Part shown: positions 21,467 to 32,314 of the stretch, piece after piece
How the letters are laid out: the number at the start of each line of letters is the position of its first letter
Position numbering within the stretch: the first letter of the stretch is position 1
Source of the DNA: Minisyncoccota bacterium
GTDB lineage: Bacteria > Patescibacteriota > Microgenomatia > UBA1400 > UBA12028
Direction: 5' to 3'
Length of the DNA stretch: 60,361 bases
Assembly: GCA_003487265.1 (NCBI GenBank)
Contig: DNEP01000010.1
Location: 1-60,361 of the forward strand
Position numbers and translations under genes: made by a program
The notes under the pieces: model-generated
The model's database searches: none
Told to the model about the DNA's origin: nothing
Seen by the model: only the letters and a program-made list of their open reading frames with translations

Positions 21467-21937
21467 ATGGACACACAATCGATCCAATTAACACATGATG
21501 GCTATGAAGAAATACTTGCTGAACTCAAGCAACTGAAGGAAGAAAAACTTCCAAAGGCGATTGAGCGCGTCGCAACGGCGAGATCTTTTGGTGATCTGAG
21601 TGAAAACGCGGAGTATCACAGCGCTCGCGAGGATCTCGCATTTATTGAAGGTAAAGTTCAAGAACTCGAAGTGATTGCGCAACACGCACAAGTGGTGAAA
21701 AAAACCTCAAAGACCGGCAAAAAAACAGTTTCAATCGGAACGAAAGTCACAGTCAAGGTTAAAAACAGCACGCACGTGTATCACATTGTTGGTGAATGGG
21801 AAGCAAACCCAATCGAAAAGAAAATTTCACATGAGTCTCCACTTGGAAAAGCGCTTCTTGGAAAGGAAAAAGGAGATAAGGTTGAAATTGAGGCTCCTGC
21901 GGGTACAATGAAGTATACCATCGTCACCGTTGAGTGA
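21467..21937 (+). CDS. greA: transcription elongation factor GreA
   Basis: Track ORF 21401 trimmed to ATG 21467. Motifs LTHDGYEEILAELKQLKEE...SFGDLSENAEYHSARE. Confidence 0.9.
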   Translation: MDTQSIQLTHDGYEEILAELKQLKEEKLPKAIERVATARSFGDLSENAEYHSAREDLAFIEGKVQELEVIAQHAQVVKKTSKTGKKTVSIGTKVTVKVKNSTHVYHIVGEWEANPIEKKISHESPLGKALLGKEKGDKVEIEAPAGTMKYTIVTVE

Positions 21938-21952
21938 CCGAAAGTGAGCATC

Positions 21953-23986
21953 ATGGCACAGTCTCGATTACAGTTTTCTCGTGAAGCAAAAATCGAAAAG
22001 CGTCGGGCATTAGAAAATGCTGGTGTAAGCGTGCATCCATATTCTTTTTCACCATCACACTCGATCAAAGATGCACTGGAGGCACAAGGAAACGTAACGA
22101 TTGCGGGCCGTATTATTTCGCTTCGAGAACACGGGAAACTCAGCTTTATTGTATTGAAAGATGAAACAGCCGAGCTTCAGCTTATTTGTAAGTCGGATGT
22201 TCTTTCAACCTATGATCTTCTTGCATATCTTGATACTGGGGATTTCATTGGTGTCGTTGGAAAGCGCGTGCAGTCACAATCAGGTCAAGAATCTGTTGAG
22301 GTCAATACGCTCACTGTTCTCGGAAAATCGCTTCGTCCTCTTCCCAACGCTTGGCAAAATCTTGATGATCCAGAAATTCGATATCGAAAACGATACCTCG
22401 ATTTATTGATTCATCCTGATGCAAAACGCATTTTAGATGCGCGATGGTTAATCGTGAAGGAAATTCGTCGATATCTTCAGGATACTGAGGGCTTCACCGA
22501 GGTCGAAACGCCGATTTTACAACCATTATACGGTGGAACAAATGCAAAACCGTTTACTACGTACATGAATGCGCTCGATGTAAACTTTTATTTGCGCATC
22601 GCGCCCGAACTGTACTTAAAACGACTGATCGTCGGTGGATATGAACGCATCTTTGAGATCGCGCGAAACTTTCGCAACGAAGGAATTGATCAAACGCATC
22701 AGCCAGAATTTTCGATGATTGAATGGTATGAGGCGTACGCTGATTATCAACGCATGATGGATGTTGCTGAAGGATTGATTAAACATGTTGCACAAAAACT
22801 CAATGGAACATATGAAGTGATGATTGGTGAAAAGCTGATTTCTCTTGCTGGCGCTTGGCCAAGAATCCGCATGATTGACGCATTAACACAATTTGCAGAC
22901 ATTTCAGTTGAAAAAATGACGGATGAGCAACTACAATCGTTACTTGATCAACATCATTTAAAGATCAAAGGGTCGTTTTCGCGCGGGAAAGCGATTTTTG
23001 AGTTGTTTGACAAGTTGGTAACACCCCAACTCATTCAGCCAACATGGATTATTGATTATCCAAAAGAGGTGAGTCCACTTGCAAAACAACATCGCCTACA
23101 TCCCGATGAAGTTGAACGTTATGAAGGGTACATTGGTGGAAAAGAAATCTGCGATGGCTGGAGCGAGATCACCGATGGCCTCGAACAACGAAAGCGATTT
23201 GAGGTCGAGCAACAACATATGCGCGAAGGTGATGATGAAGCGCAACCAACTGATGAAGCCTTCCTCGAAGCGATGGAGTATGGGATGCCTCCGTTGGGTG
23301 GAATTGGAATCGGAATTGATCGCCTCGTGATGTTTTTAACAAACACGTGGTCAATTAAAGAAGTGATTGCGTTTCCAACACTGCGACCGGAAAAAACTGT
23401 GGACGCACCACAAAAAGCTCAGCAAAATCCTCCTTCACACATTTCAAAAACAACGCAATCAGATATCGATCTTGATTCTGCTCGAACTCTCCTTCGATCT
23501 CACATGAAAAATGAGGCATTGATTCATCACAGCGAGATGGTCGCCGACGCGATGCGCGCATATGCCGAAAAACTCGGTGAAGATGTCGATTTATGGTACG
23601 CGACGGGGCTATTGCACGACATGGATTGGGAGGAGTTTCCCGATGAGCATCCAAATAAAGCGATTGCGGAATGGTTAGGTGAGTATCCGCAGGAACTTCG
23701 TGAGGCGATTGCTGCTCACGCGCCAGAGCGCACGGGCCGTGAACCTCAAAACGCGCTGGATCGATATTTATTTGCGTGCGATGAACTTTCGGGACTGATG
23801 CACGCCGCGTCGCTCATGCGACCGACAGGTTTCCAAGGTATGGAGGTTTCATCTGTGAAGAAAAAGATTAAAGACAAAGGTTTTGCAAAAAATGTGAGCC
23901 GTGAGGACATTGCCAGGGGAATCGAGCTTATCGAAAGTAGCGTTGAAGATCATGTGGCGTTTTTGCTGGGCGTGTTTGAGAAATAA
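21953..23986 (+). CDS. lysS: lysyl-tRNA synthetase (class II) fused to a C-terminal HD-superfamily hydrolase domain
   Basis: LysRS core with an OB fold (AGRIISLREHGKLSFIVL) and class II motifs (FRNEGID, GIGIGIDRLVM), ending near ...AFPTLRPEK. A linker then leads to an HD domain (HSEMVA..., GLLHDMDWEEF, AIAAHAPERTG, FACDELSG, VKKKIKDKGFAKNVSRE). An alternative start is GTG 21944. Confidence 0.85.
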   Translation: MAQSRLQFSREAKIEKRRALENAGVSVHPYSFSPSHSIKDALEAQGNVTIAGRIISLREHGKLSFIVLKDETAELQLICKSDVLSTYDLLAYLDTGDFIGVVGKRVQSQSGQESVEVNTLTVLGKSLRPLPNAWQNLDDPEIRYRKRYLDLLIHPDAKRILDARWLIVKEIRRYLQDTEGFTEVETPILQPLYGGTNAKPFTTYMNALDVNFYLRIAPELYLKRLIVGGYERIFEIARNFRNEGIDQTHQPEFSMIEWYEAYADYQRMMDVAEGLIKHVAQKLNGTYEVMIGEKLISLAGAWPRIRMIDALTQFADISVEKMTDEQLQSLLDQHHLKIKGSFSRGKAIFELFDKLVTPQLIQPTWIIDYPKEVSPLAKQHRLHPDEVERYEGYIGGKEICDGWSEITDGLEQRKRFEVEQQHMREGDDEAQPTDEAFLEAMEYGMPPLGGIGIGIDRLVMFLTNTWSIKEVIAFPTLRPEKTVDAPQKAQQNPPSHISKTTQSDIDLDSARTLLRSHMKNEALIHHSEMVADAMRAYAEKLGEDVDLWYATGLLHDMDWEEFPDEHPNKAIAEWLGEYPQELREAIAAHAPERTGREPQNALDRYLFACDELSGLMHAASLMRPTGFQGMEVSSVKKKIKDKGFAKNVSREDIARGIELIESSVEDHVAFLLGVFEK

Positions 23987-24031
23987 CCAGATATACGAAA
24001 CATTTCTTAACTGGAAAAATATCATCAATTT

Positions 24032-24040
24032 TGGTATAAT
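24032..24040 (+). promoter_or_regulatory. extended -10 (TGgTATAAT) of the AbiEii cassette
   Basis: TATAAT at 24035-24040 is 9 nt upstream of ATG 24050, with no SD. Confidence 0.45.
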
Positions 24041-24049
24041 TGAACGTAG

Positions 24050-24358
24050 ATGAATGACTTAAAATTGCCCTTGGAACTGCACAAATATTTTTGGGATGTA
24101 CGCATTGATCAGATGAATATTCAAGAAAAATCGTCATTTGTCATTAGTCGCATACTTGAACACGGCGACATCCCCGATTATCGATGGCTCATACAGCAGT
24201 ACGGAAAACCTGAAATAATTCGTGTGATAAAAACCTCAGCAAATATCTCACCAAAAACGGCAAATGCGTTTTGCGTGCAATGGGAAATTCCCAGAGAGGA
24301 TGTTCGATGTTTGCAACCGGGATTTCTGAATCCACAAAACTCAACTTTTAATATTTAA
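24050..24358 (+). CDS. small YFWD-motif protein, putative antitoxin-like partner (copy 1)
   Basis: 102 aa with motifs KYFWD, ISRILEHGD and YRWL. It is a paralog of the next ORF. Confidence 0.6.
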   Translation: MNDLKLPLELHKYFWDVRIDQMNIQEKSSFVISRILEHGDIPDYRWLIQQYGKPEIIRVIKTSANISPKTANAFCVQWEIPREDVRCLQPGFLNPQNSTFNI

Positions 24359-24368
24359 TGATAATATT

Positions 24369-24617
24369 ATGCATATGAATGATAACTCAAAGCACATTCC
24401 AGATTCAGTTGCAAGATATTTTTGGGGCGACAACCTTAAAGATTTATCTTGGGTTTCTCATCAAAAGTATATGATTGAAACAATCCTCGAAAATGGAGAC
24501 GAGCATGCAGTTCGTTGGCTATTCATGAAAATCTCAAAAACTTCACTGCTTTCACTTTTACCAAGATTGAGACTTTCTGCAAAATCGAGAAACTTTTGGA
24601 ACTTTTATTTAGAATGA
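24369..24617 (+). CDS. small YFWG-motif protein, putative antitoxin-like partner (copy 2)
   Basis: 82 aa with motifs RYFWGD, IETILENGD and VRWL. Its stop overlaps the next ATG (ATGA). Confidence 0.6.
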   Translation: MHMNDNSKHIPDSVARYFWGDNLKDLSWVSHQKYMIETILENGDEHAVRWLFMKISKTSLLSLLPRLRLSAKSRNFWNFYLE

Positions 24618-25246
24618 GGAACATGCATCTCCAAACACTCCCCCAGCAAACTGCGAATTTATTAAATACTTTTGATTTTTCTGTAATTAATCCAATTGGG
24701 AATTTCTATCTATCAGGAGGAACAGCCCTGTCGTTGCAGATAGGACATCGGGAATCAGAAGATCTGGACTTCTTCTTTAATGAAGACTTTGATCCAAATA
24801 AGTTACTTGAAATACTGTCACAACAGAGAAAACTTGAATCCGTTGGTATCGAAATTGGTACTTTAAATACGTATATTTCTGGTGTAAAACTTCAGTTTCT
24901 GCACTATCCATATGAATTATTACAGAATGGCCTTTTGTGGAATGGTTTAGTGTTGAGTTCTGTGCTTGATATAGCATGCACGAAACTGCAAACAATCGGG
25001 ATGAGAGGTGGAAAAAAAGATTTCATTGATCTCTTTTTTATTCTTGATCAATACCCTCTAGATTTTCTTATTCATAAGCTTAGTGAAAAGTATCCTCAAG
25101 TACAGTATAGTCTTCCACACATCTTAAAATCACTGACATATTTCGAAGACGCAAATGAACAACCAATGCCTAGAATGCATAAAGATGTCACATGGGAGCA
25201 AGTGCAAGCAAAAATGATTCAGTCTATGCGAAAAATATCGATGTAA
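24614..25246 (+). CDS. AbiEii/AbiGii-type nucleotidyltransferase toxin family protein
   Basis: Track ORF 24515 trimmed to ATG 24614, giving 210 aa. NTase motif FYLSGGTALSLQIGHRESEDLDFFF, later GGKKDFIDLFFIL and SLTYFEDA. Confidence 0.75.
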   Translation: MRNMHLQTLPQQTANLLNTFDFSVINPIGNFYLSGGTALSLQIGHRESEDLDFFFNEDFDPNKLLEILSQQRKLESVGIEIGTLNTYISGVKLQFLHYPYELLQNGLLWNGLVLSSVLDIACTKLQTIGMRGGKKDFIDLFFILDQYPLDFLIHKLSEKYPQVQYSLPHILKSLTYFEDANEQPMPRMHKDVTWEQVQAKMIQSMRKISM

Positions 25247-25294
25247 AATTGTATTTTTCATCGAATAATTCACGTCTTATGTTAAGATATTCAC

Positions 25295-25741
25295 ATGCTT
25301 TCTACAAATAAAGATGTTGGTCGTTTCATGGTAGCTGTCGGTGGTGTACTTGAGGCGAAAGCGACTGGAAATATTTTGCTTGTTCAACGGCATGCATCAC
25401 TCGATTGGCAACCGAGTCAGTGGGAAATTATCTACGGTCGATTAAACCAAGGTGAATCCACAGAAGATGCACTTCGTCGCGAGTTTACGGAAGAGGTCGG
25501 ATTCAATGAATTTTACATCAAGGAAGTTTTACGTACTTGGCATATCTATCGTGGTGTAAAATCAGATGAAAATGAACTGATTGGAATAACCTTTTCGTTA
25601 CAATGCACGGAAGAGTTTGAGCCAAAAATCTCAGCCGAACATCAAAACTTCATTTGGACATCTCCCGAACATGCGATAGAATTGTGCTCGGTGGATGGAA
25701 TTCGTGAGGATTTGCGAATTTTTCAACATTCGAAGGAGTAA
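25295..25741 (+). CDS. NUDIX hydrolase
   Basis: Nudix box GRLNQGESTEDALRREFTEEVGF. TGtTAAGAT (25280-25288) lies 6 nt before the ATG. Confidence 0.85.
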   Translation: MLSTNKDVGRFMVAVGGVLEAKATGNILLVQRHASLDWQPSQWEIIYGRLNQGESTEDALRREFTEEVGFNEFYIKEVLRTWHIYRGVKSDENELIGITFSLQCTEEFEPKISAEHQNFIWTSPEHAIELCSVDGIREDLRIFQHSKE

Positions 25742-25743
25742 TC

Positions 25744-27009
25744 ATGTTAGATATTCAATACATTCGCGAGCATACAAAAGAACTCCGTCAAGGAATTCAA
25801 AACAAACAAATGAACCCTGCGATTGTGGACGAGGTGTTGCGCGTTGACGACCAGCGTCGCCTCCTTATCCAACAAGTCGAGGAACTTCGAGCGCGAATCA
25901 ACGCGCATGCGAGGTCGCTTCAAGGTGGCCGTCCTTCAGATGAAAACATTCAGATTGGGCGAGCGTTAAAAGAACAACTTCAAGATGTTGAGCCTCAACT
26001 CAAAAAAATCGAGGAATCCTTCACAAATTTGATGATGCAGGTGCCCAATCCACCCGCACACGACACCCCAATTGGCAAAGATGAGTCGGAAAATCTGGAA
26101 GTGAAAACTTGGGGAACGATTCCTTCGTTCACTTTTCAACCAAAAACGCATGACGAATTATGTGAAAATCTTGATTTGATTGATACAAAACGCGCTGTGA
26201 AGATTGCGGGAACGCGTTCATATTTTTTGAAAAATGATCTCGTGCTGCTTGATTACGCGGTGTTGATGTTTGCGCTCAACATGATGATCAAAAAAGGATA
26301 CACGCCGTTTGAAGTCCCTTGGATGGTCAACGACGATGCGATGTGGGGAACAGGCTATTTTCCTTGGGGGATGCAGGATCATTTTCAAACGCAGGATGGG
26401 CAAAAATTGATTGGGACTGCGGAAGTTTCGCTTACCGCATATCGAAAAGATGAGATCTTGAATGAAAAAGATCTGCCAATGCGTATGGTCGGGATTTCAC
26501 CGTGTTTTCGCCGAGAAGTTGGGACGTATGGAAAAGATTCAAAGGGGATTTTCCGCGTGCATCAGTTCCAAAAAGTCGAGCAAGTGGTGTATACCGTTGC
26601 TGAAGAAGATCGGACGCGCGAAATGCATGATGAGATGCTTGGGCATGCCGAGGAGCTTTTGCAGGCGTTAAATCTTCCATATCATGTGCTGAGGATGTGT
26701 TCGGGAGATATGGGGGCTGGCCAAAAACGTAAATACGACATAGAAGTCTGGTTCCCCGGTCAAAACGCGTATCGAGAAACACACTCCGATTCCTACTTTA
26801 ATGATTTTCAGTCGCGTCGATTGAACATTCGGTATCGCGCCAAAGATGGATCCCTCAAATATGTGTACACGTTAAACAATACGGTCGCGGCGACGCCCAG
26901 ACTTTTGGCTGGAATTATCGAGAACTACCAACAAGCTGATGGCTCAATCCGAATCCCCGAAGTACTTCAGCCGTTTATAGGGAAAGAGATAATTGAAGCG
27001 AGGGTGTAA
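25744..27009 (+). CDS. serS: seryl-tRNA synthetase
   Basis: N-terminal coiled coil; class II motifs ISPCFRREVG and TLNNTVAATPRLL. Confidence 0.95.
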   Translation: MLDIQYIREHTKELRQGIQNKQMNPAIVDEVLRVDDQRRLLIQQVEELRARINAHARSLQGGRPSDENIQIGRALKEQLQDVEPQLKKIEESFTNLMMQVPNPPAHDTPIGKDESENLEVKTWGTIPSFTFQPKTHDELCENLDLIDTKRAVKIAGTRSYFLKNDLVLLDYAVLMFALNMMIKKGYTPFEVPWMVNDDAMWGTGYFPWGMQDHFQTQDGQKLIGTAEVSLTAYRKDEILNEKDLPMRMVGISPCFRREVGTYGKDSKGIFRVHQFQKVEQVVYTVAEEDRTREMHDEMLGHAEELLQALNLPYHVLRMCSGDMGAGQKRKYDIEVWFPGQNAYRETHSDSYFNDFQSRRLNIRYRAKDGSLKYVYTLNNTVAATPRLLAGIIENYQQADGSIRIPEVLQPFIGKEIIEARV

Positions 27010-27018
27010 AATACTCGC

Positions 27019-28362
27019 ATGATTGAAGGTCAGTCTCCATTGCATCGATCTGAGTTTTCCATGAAAAACACTTCGGGGGGGGTCACAGATACCGTTTCGC
27101 TTGTTTTGCCGAGAAAACATGGAAACCTCTATGCTGAAGAACAAATATTCTGGAAGGCAGATTATCGTTATTTTGAAAACAACGTTCTTGTGCTTTCTCA
27201 ACCGAAATCATCAACTGGATGTGGCGATGCTTTTATTTATTCAACTTCATTGAATACTCGACCAGATCATTATTTTAATACTGTAATGTCAGAATGGCTT
27301 TTTCTAGTTGATGGTCTTTCTCCGTATTCGAATGATTGGGAAGATTTCATTCGCGATCATCTTCTTAATCCTGATTCTCATCGTCTAAATGTTTCGGGAT
27401 TCAATTCAGAAACATTGGGCTCGTTTAATGTTTCAAGGCCTGATTATTTTTTGCACGACATTTTGTTTTATTTTGTTCATTCAAATGAATTTATGGAATT
27501 AACTCAACTTATTAATCAAGAATTGTCTATTGAGCTCAATTTTTGGGAAACACTCATTGCTAACACTCAAGTAACATCACAACTCCTTGAGCATATTCAA
27601 CATGAGCTATGGCAAAAACAAATTCGATACATTGGCACAATTCTTTATTGTTTGGGCGCATTTAGAAAGTCATGTTTAGATAGTCTCTGTTTGAGTTTAA
27701 TAGATACCGAGTTTTTTAAATTGTTCTATTCGAAAACATCATACAATTGGAACGCAAACGGTCCTTTTGCATTGATGCATTCGATAACAATTACGACACC
27801 GAAAATTATAAGCGGGCTGTTTCAACAGGTTTCAGCTTATACAAAGACAACATCAAATGCCGACGTGGATCAATTTCAGTCAGAAGAAGAGGAAAATACG
27901 CACATGATAGATAGTAATGCTCCAATGGATTTAGCAATTGAACAAGTATTGAATGTTGAAGAGATAAAAGGTAGAGGAAAAAATAATATAACAGCTCAAA
28001 ACTTAAAAATGAAAAAACCAGGATCGCTGTATGCTGTTCTTCCTCATGATTATTGGTACAAATACATTCCTTCATTAAATGAATCTCTTCTGTATTTGCG
28101 ATTAGCATCCATTTCACATGGCCCAAAAAAAGTAAATGAATGGGTGAATCAACACGCATTAACAACAGATGGATTCTCCCACGAAGATGCCAGCTTAGGT
28201 CGAGCTAATGACCGAAAAACTGAGCGAGGTGTTCATAAGGATTCCGCTTACCAAAAAGCATTTAGTCCTTTATGGCATGTAATAGATATCGCGAATGATC
28301 TATTTGTCGATCATCCTTTAGATGATCGAACCGCAATTGTCACAGCAAGTCATACTATTTAG
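27019..28362 (+). CDS. orphan protein (447 aa)
   Basis: AT-rich ORF wedged between serS and secA. TAAAAT (27007-27012, overlapping the serS stop) lies 6 nt before the ATG. I recognise no motif. Confidence 0.65.
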   Translation: MIEGQSPLHRSEFSMKNTSGGVTDTVSLVLPRKHGNLYAEEQIFWKADYRYFENNVLVLSQPKSSTGCGDAFIYSTSLNTRPDHYFNTVMSEWLFLVDGLSPYSNDWEDFIRDHLLNPDSHRLNVSGFNSETLGSFNVSRPDYFLHDILFYFVHSNEFMELTQLINQELSIELNFWETLIANTQVTSQLLEHIQHELWQKQIRYIGTILYCLGAFRKSCLDSLCLSLIDTEFFKLFYSKTSYNWNANGPFALMHSITITTPKIISGLFQQVSAYTKTTSNADVDQFQSEEEENTHMIDSNAPMDLAIEQVLNVEEIKGRGKNNITAQNLKMKKPGSLYAVLPHDYWYKYIPSLNESLLYLRLASISHGPKKVNEWVNQHALTTDGFSHEDASLGRANDRKTERGVHKDSAYQKAFSPLWHVIDIANDLFVDHPLDDRTAIVTASHTI

Positions 28363-28402
28363 TATATTATGATCTCCACATGAAACCTCTCATTTTCTCT
28401 GC

Positions 28403-28408
28403 TACAAT
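28403..28408 (+). promoter_or_regulatory. -10 box (TACAAT) of secA, candidate leaderless
   Basis: TACAAT lies 8 nt upstream of ATG 28417 and the intervening AGCCTCCT has no SD. Confidence 0.4.
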
Positions 28409-28416
28409 AGCCTCCT

Positions 28417-31176
28417 ATGTTTACCTTTTTTTCAAAAATATTCGATGAAAACGCAAAAACAATAGATCGATATCAAAAAATCGTTTCACAGATTAATGAT
28501 CTCGAAAAATCGACGAAGAAACTTTCTGACGAAAAACTCAAACTGCAAACAAAAAAGTTTCGCACCGCAATTCAAAACGGAAAAACACTTGAAGACATTC
28601 TCCCCGAAGCCTTCGCGACCATCCGCGAGGCCTCCTCGCGTACAACAGGCCTTCGCCACTTCGACGTTCAACTCCTCGCCGGTCTCGCATTTCACGAAGG
28701 AAACATCGCAGAACAGCGCACAGGTGAGGGAAAAACGTTATCTGCAACCCTCGCGCTGTACCTCAACGCACTCGAAGGAAAAGGGGCGCATTTAATCACC
28801 GTGAACGACTACCTCGCGCAACTCGGCGCAGGGTGGATGGGCCAGATTTTTTCAGCACTCGATATGTCGGTTGGCGTTATCATTCATGATCAATCGTATC
28901 GATATGATCCAAGTTTTAAATCTGAGGATCGTGGCGATGACCGTCTCGAACATTTTAGGCCTGTATCGCGCAAAGAAGCCTATGCCTGCGACATCACCTA
29001 TGGAACAAATAACGAGTTTGGGTTTGATTATCTTCGCGACAACATGGTTCAGCGCGCTGATGAAGTCGTTCAACGCGAACTTCAGTATGCGATTGTGGAT
29101 GAGGCGGACTCGATTTTAATCGACGAAGCCCGAACCCCGCTTATTATTTCCGCACCAGACGTTGAACCAACAAAAAAGTATTACGATTACGCACGTATGG
29201 TCGACACACTCGAAAAGGATTCCGACTATTCACTAGACGAGAAAGCGCGATCCGCAACCTTAACCGATCTCGGTGTAAAGCGAATCGAAAAAAAACTTGG
29301 CGTATCAAATCTATACGAAGAAGACTTCGACGTTATTCATCATATTGAGTCCGCACTCAAAGCAAAATCTTTGTTTCAACGCGATAAAGATTACATTGTT
29401 CGCGAAGGCGAAGTTATTATTGTTGATGAACACACCGGCCGATTAATGTACGGTCGCAGATACAGTGACGGCATTCATCAGTCAATAGAAGCAAAGGAAA
29501 ATGTCAAAATCCAACAAGAATCGCGCACACTCGCGACCGTTTCACTTCAAAACTACTTCAGATTGTATAAAAAACTCGCGGGAATGACGGGAACCGCCGC
29601 AACCGAGGCCGAGGAGTTTAAGAAGATTTACAACATGAATGTGGTGACTATTCCCACACATCTTCCCGTGCAACGTCAAGATTATTCCGACATTGTGTAC
29701 AAAACCACCGCGGTGAAATACGGAGCGATCGTGGCTGAGGTCGAGGAAATGCACAAACTCGGTCGTCCCGTGCTTCTTGGCACACGCTCAATTCAACATA
29801 ACGAAATCATCGCAGAGTATTTGCAACGGAAAAAAATTCCCCATGTGGTGTTAAACGCGAAAAATCACGAGCGCGAGGCGTTTATCATTGCCGACGCGGG
29901 AAAGTTGGGAGCGGTGATCGTGGCAACGAACATTGCGGGACGCGGAGTTGATATTGTTCTTGGTGGATCAAAACCCGAGCGAAAAGATTTTGAGTCAGAT
30001 TCCGCATTTGAATCAGCAAAGAAAAAATGGACAATTGATCATGAAAAAGTAGTGGCTGCGGGCGGTCTCCACGTTATTGGCACCGAACGACACGAGTCGA
30101 GACGCATAGACAATCAGTTGCGAGGTCGCGCCGGTCGTCAAGGTGATCCTGGCTCCTCTCGCTTCTTTATCTCACTAGAAGATGACATTATGCGCATTTT
30201 CGGCGGAGAACAGATCAGTAAGGCAATGGACTTTCTCAAAATCGAGGAAAATCAGCCAATTGAGCATGGCATGGTTGGAAAAGCGATCGAGCAGGCGCAA
30301 GTAAAAGTGGAAGGCTTCTTTTTTGATCAACGAAAACGTTTAGTTGAGTTTGATGACGTGATGAACAAGCAACGCGAGGTAATTTATGCACGACGCCGTT
30401 CAATTCTCGAGCAACAAAAAGATCAACGCGCGGAGATCATGACAAACATTGATACTTCGATCGACGCACTTGTCTCATTTCACTCCACCGATCCTCAGAC
30501 TGATGAGTCACTAAATATTATTATGCGCGAGTTTGTGGGGATCGTTCCGTTTGACGAAAACTCGCAAAAAGCAATTCGACAAGAAATTTCTGCGCTTTCC
30601 TCACATGAAGAGGTTTCAGAAAAACTCACCGCGATTGCGCATCAGGTATTTGAACAACGTGAACAGCAGTACGGTGAGCAGGTTTCTCGCGAACTCGAAC
30701 GATTTGTCACGCTTTCATCAATTGACGAGCTGTGGATGGATCATCTCGACAGCATGGATTCCTTGCGTGAGGGTATTTGGCTTCGGGGTGACAAACAAGC
30801 GGTTCTTTCTGCATATAAACAGGAAGCCTTTGAGATGTTTTCTTCACTCATGTCGCGCATTTCCGACACTATTGTGCACCGCATTTACCGCGTTCAAGCG
30901 GTGACGCGAACGCAGATGGAGTCCGCACAACAATCCTCGGTGGAGTTAAAACAGGAAACCTTCGGAGGCTCGATTGCCGAGCAAGCCCAGACCGCTCAAC
31001 AAAATCTTGAAAAACCTGCGACAACAAAAGGCTCGCTCACGGATTTTGCATCTGCACTTGGAAAATCAAAGCCCGCACCAGTGAAAATGTCGCCTGTTGG
31101 AAAAGAAAAGATTGGGCGAAATGATCCATGTCCATGTGGAAGTGGAAAAAAATATAAGAAGTGTCATGGCGCGTAA
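28417..31176 (+). CDS. secA: preprotein translocase ATPase SecA
   Basis: 919 aa with motifs [27 protein letters not shown] and [10 protein letters not shown], plus a C-terminal zinc motif [14 protein letters not shown]. Confidence 0.95.
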   Translation: MFTFFSKIFDENAKTIDRYQKIVSQINDLEKSTKKLSDEKLKLQTKKFRTAIQNGKTLEDILPEAFATIREASSRTTGLRHFDVQLLAGLAFHEGNIAEQRTGEGKTLSATLALYLNALEGKGAHLITVNDYLAQLGAGWMGQIFSALDMSVGVIIHDQSYRYDPSFKSEDRGDDRLEHFRPVSRKEAYACDITYGTNNEFGFDYLRDNMVQRADEVVQRELQYAIVDEADSILIDEARTPLIISAPDVEPTKKYYDYARMVDTLEKDSDYSLDEKARSATLTDLGVKRIEKKLGVSNLYEEDFDVIHHIESALKAKSLFQRDKDYIVREGEVIIVDEHTGRLMYGRRYSDGIHQSIEAKENVKIQQESRTLATVSLQNYFRLYKKLAGMTGTAATEAEEFKKIYNMNVVTIPTHLPVQRQDYSDIVYKTTAVKYGAIVAEVEEMHKLGRPVLLGTRSIQHNEIIAEYLQRKKIPHVVLNAKNHEREAFIIADAGKLGAVIVATNIAGRGVDIVLGGSKPERKDFESDSAFESAKKKWTIDHEKVVAAGGLHVIGTERHESRRIDNQLRGRAGRQGDPGSSRFFISLEDDIMRIFGGEQISKAMDFLKIEENQPIEHGMVGKAIEQAQVKVEGFFFDQRKRLVEFDDVMNKQREVIYARRRSILEQQKDQRAEIMTNIDTSIDALVSFHSTDPQTDESLNIIMREFVGIVPFDENSQKAIRQEISALSSHEEVSEKLTAIAHQVFEQREQQYGEQVSRELERFVTLSSIDELWMDHLDSMDSLREGIWLRGDKQAVLSAYKQEAFEMFSSLMSRISDTIVHRIYRVQAVTRTQMESAQQSSVELKQETFGGSIAEQAQTAQQNLEKPATTKGSLTDFASALGKSKPAPVKMSPVGKEKIGRNDPCPCGSGKKYKKCHGA

Positions 31177-32287
31177 CATCAAGTATTTTTTCATCGCTCA
31201 ATCATTTTCCGCAATGTATTTTTGGATGGTGCTCGCTGTTCCGTTTTTAACTTCAAGAGGATATTCTCCAACTCAGGTTTTTTCCTTTCTTGCGTTCTAC
31301 AACTTTATTGGACTGATTCTTGAATATCCAACGGGAGTATTGGGTGACAGGATTGGACACCAAAAAACACTCTATATCTGTTTCGTTTTCGCTTTCTTGT
31401 TTATGATCTCAGTGCTATTTGCTTCAAATACTTGGCTCGTTCTGTTAAGTTTAATTCTTGGAGCGATTGCTTCCGGTCTGGAATCTGGAAACGATATGGG
31501 ACTTTTAAAATCAATCTCAACCTCAATCCGCATCGATACCGCGAACTACAATGCACTTCGAGATATGACTTTTTTTGTGGGATCCATTCTTGCGGGGTTT
31601 CTCGCATCTTTAATCGGATATGCTCCCACACTTTTAATAAGCGGTTTTTGCATGCTTCTTGGAGTTGTTCCACTTTCACAAGTAAAAGTGCTACGAAAAA
31701 TCGACGAAAAAGATCCCAAGATCTCAGAAATTGTGCAAGCAAGTTTTCGCGCACTATCCTCAAAACCACTTTTAGGACTGTTTATCGTCACAATGGTTGT
31801 GGTCGGATACGCATACAGTGTAAAAAGTGTTTTTGGAAGTTTTACCTCGGTGTTTCAAATACCCGTTGAACAAATTGGAATCCTCATTGGGCTTGGGGGA
31901 CTTCTTCGAGCAATGGGAGCAAAAGGATATGCGAGCATTTCTCAACGCTATGTCTACATATTCCTAATCAGTATTGTGGCGAGCTTTTTTATCATTGGCT
32001 TATTCCCAACATTTTTGGTCATGGTTCTGTTGATATCATTAACACAACTCTTTTTTGGATACGTGATGGCTCATTTTGATGGCGAGCTTCACGAGTTAAC
32101 CGAGGGGAGGATTCGCTCGAGCATGTTTTCATTGAAACGAATTTGCGTTCGAACGTTTTCGATTCTTTTTCTTGCGGTGTATGGATTTTCGATTGATCAC
32201 CAGTATGTTGGCATTCTCTATCTCGTCACCGCGGGTCTTCTTGCAATCAGTATTTTGTTTCAGTACCGACTTTCGAAACAAAAGTGA
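31166..32287 (+). CDS. MFS transporter
   Basis: Track ORF trimmed to ATG 31166, which overlaps the secA end by 11 nt. About 12 TM segments and motif [15 protein letters not shown]. Confidence 0.75.
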   Translation: MARNIKYFFIAQSFSAMYFWMVLAVPFLTSRGYSPTQVFSFLAFYNFIGLILEYPTGVLGDRIGHQKTLYICFVFAFLFMISVLFASNTWLVLLSLILGAIASGLESGNDMGLLKSISTSIRIDTANYNALRDMTFFVGSILAGFLASLIGYAPTLLISGFCMLLGVVPLSQVKVLRKIDEKDPKISEIVQASFRALSSKPLLGLFIVTMVVVGYAYSVKSVFGSFTSVFQIPVEQIGILIGLGGLLRAMGAKGYASISQRYVYIFLISIVASFFIIGLFPTFLVMVLLISLTQLFFGYVMAHFDGELHELTEGRIRSSMFSLKRICVRTFSILFLAVYGFSIDHQYVGILYLVTAGLLAISILFQYRLSKQK

Positions 32288-32314
32288 TATACTGAAGGAA
32301 AGATCGGAGATCAT

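Noticed and set aside
21935-21955. The greA TGA is in the same frame as lysS (5 codons apart), hinting at a readthrough fusion
   Set aside because: Adjacent genes share a frame one time in three by chance. Both proteins have normal independent termini, and lysS has its own ATG/GTG.
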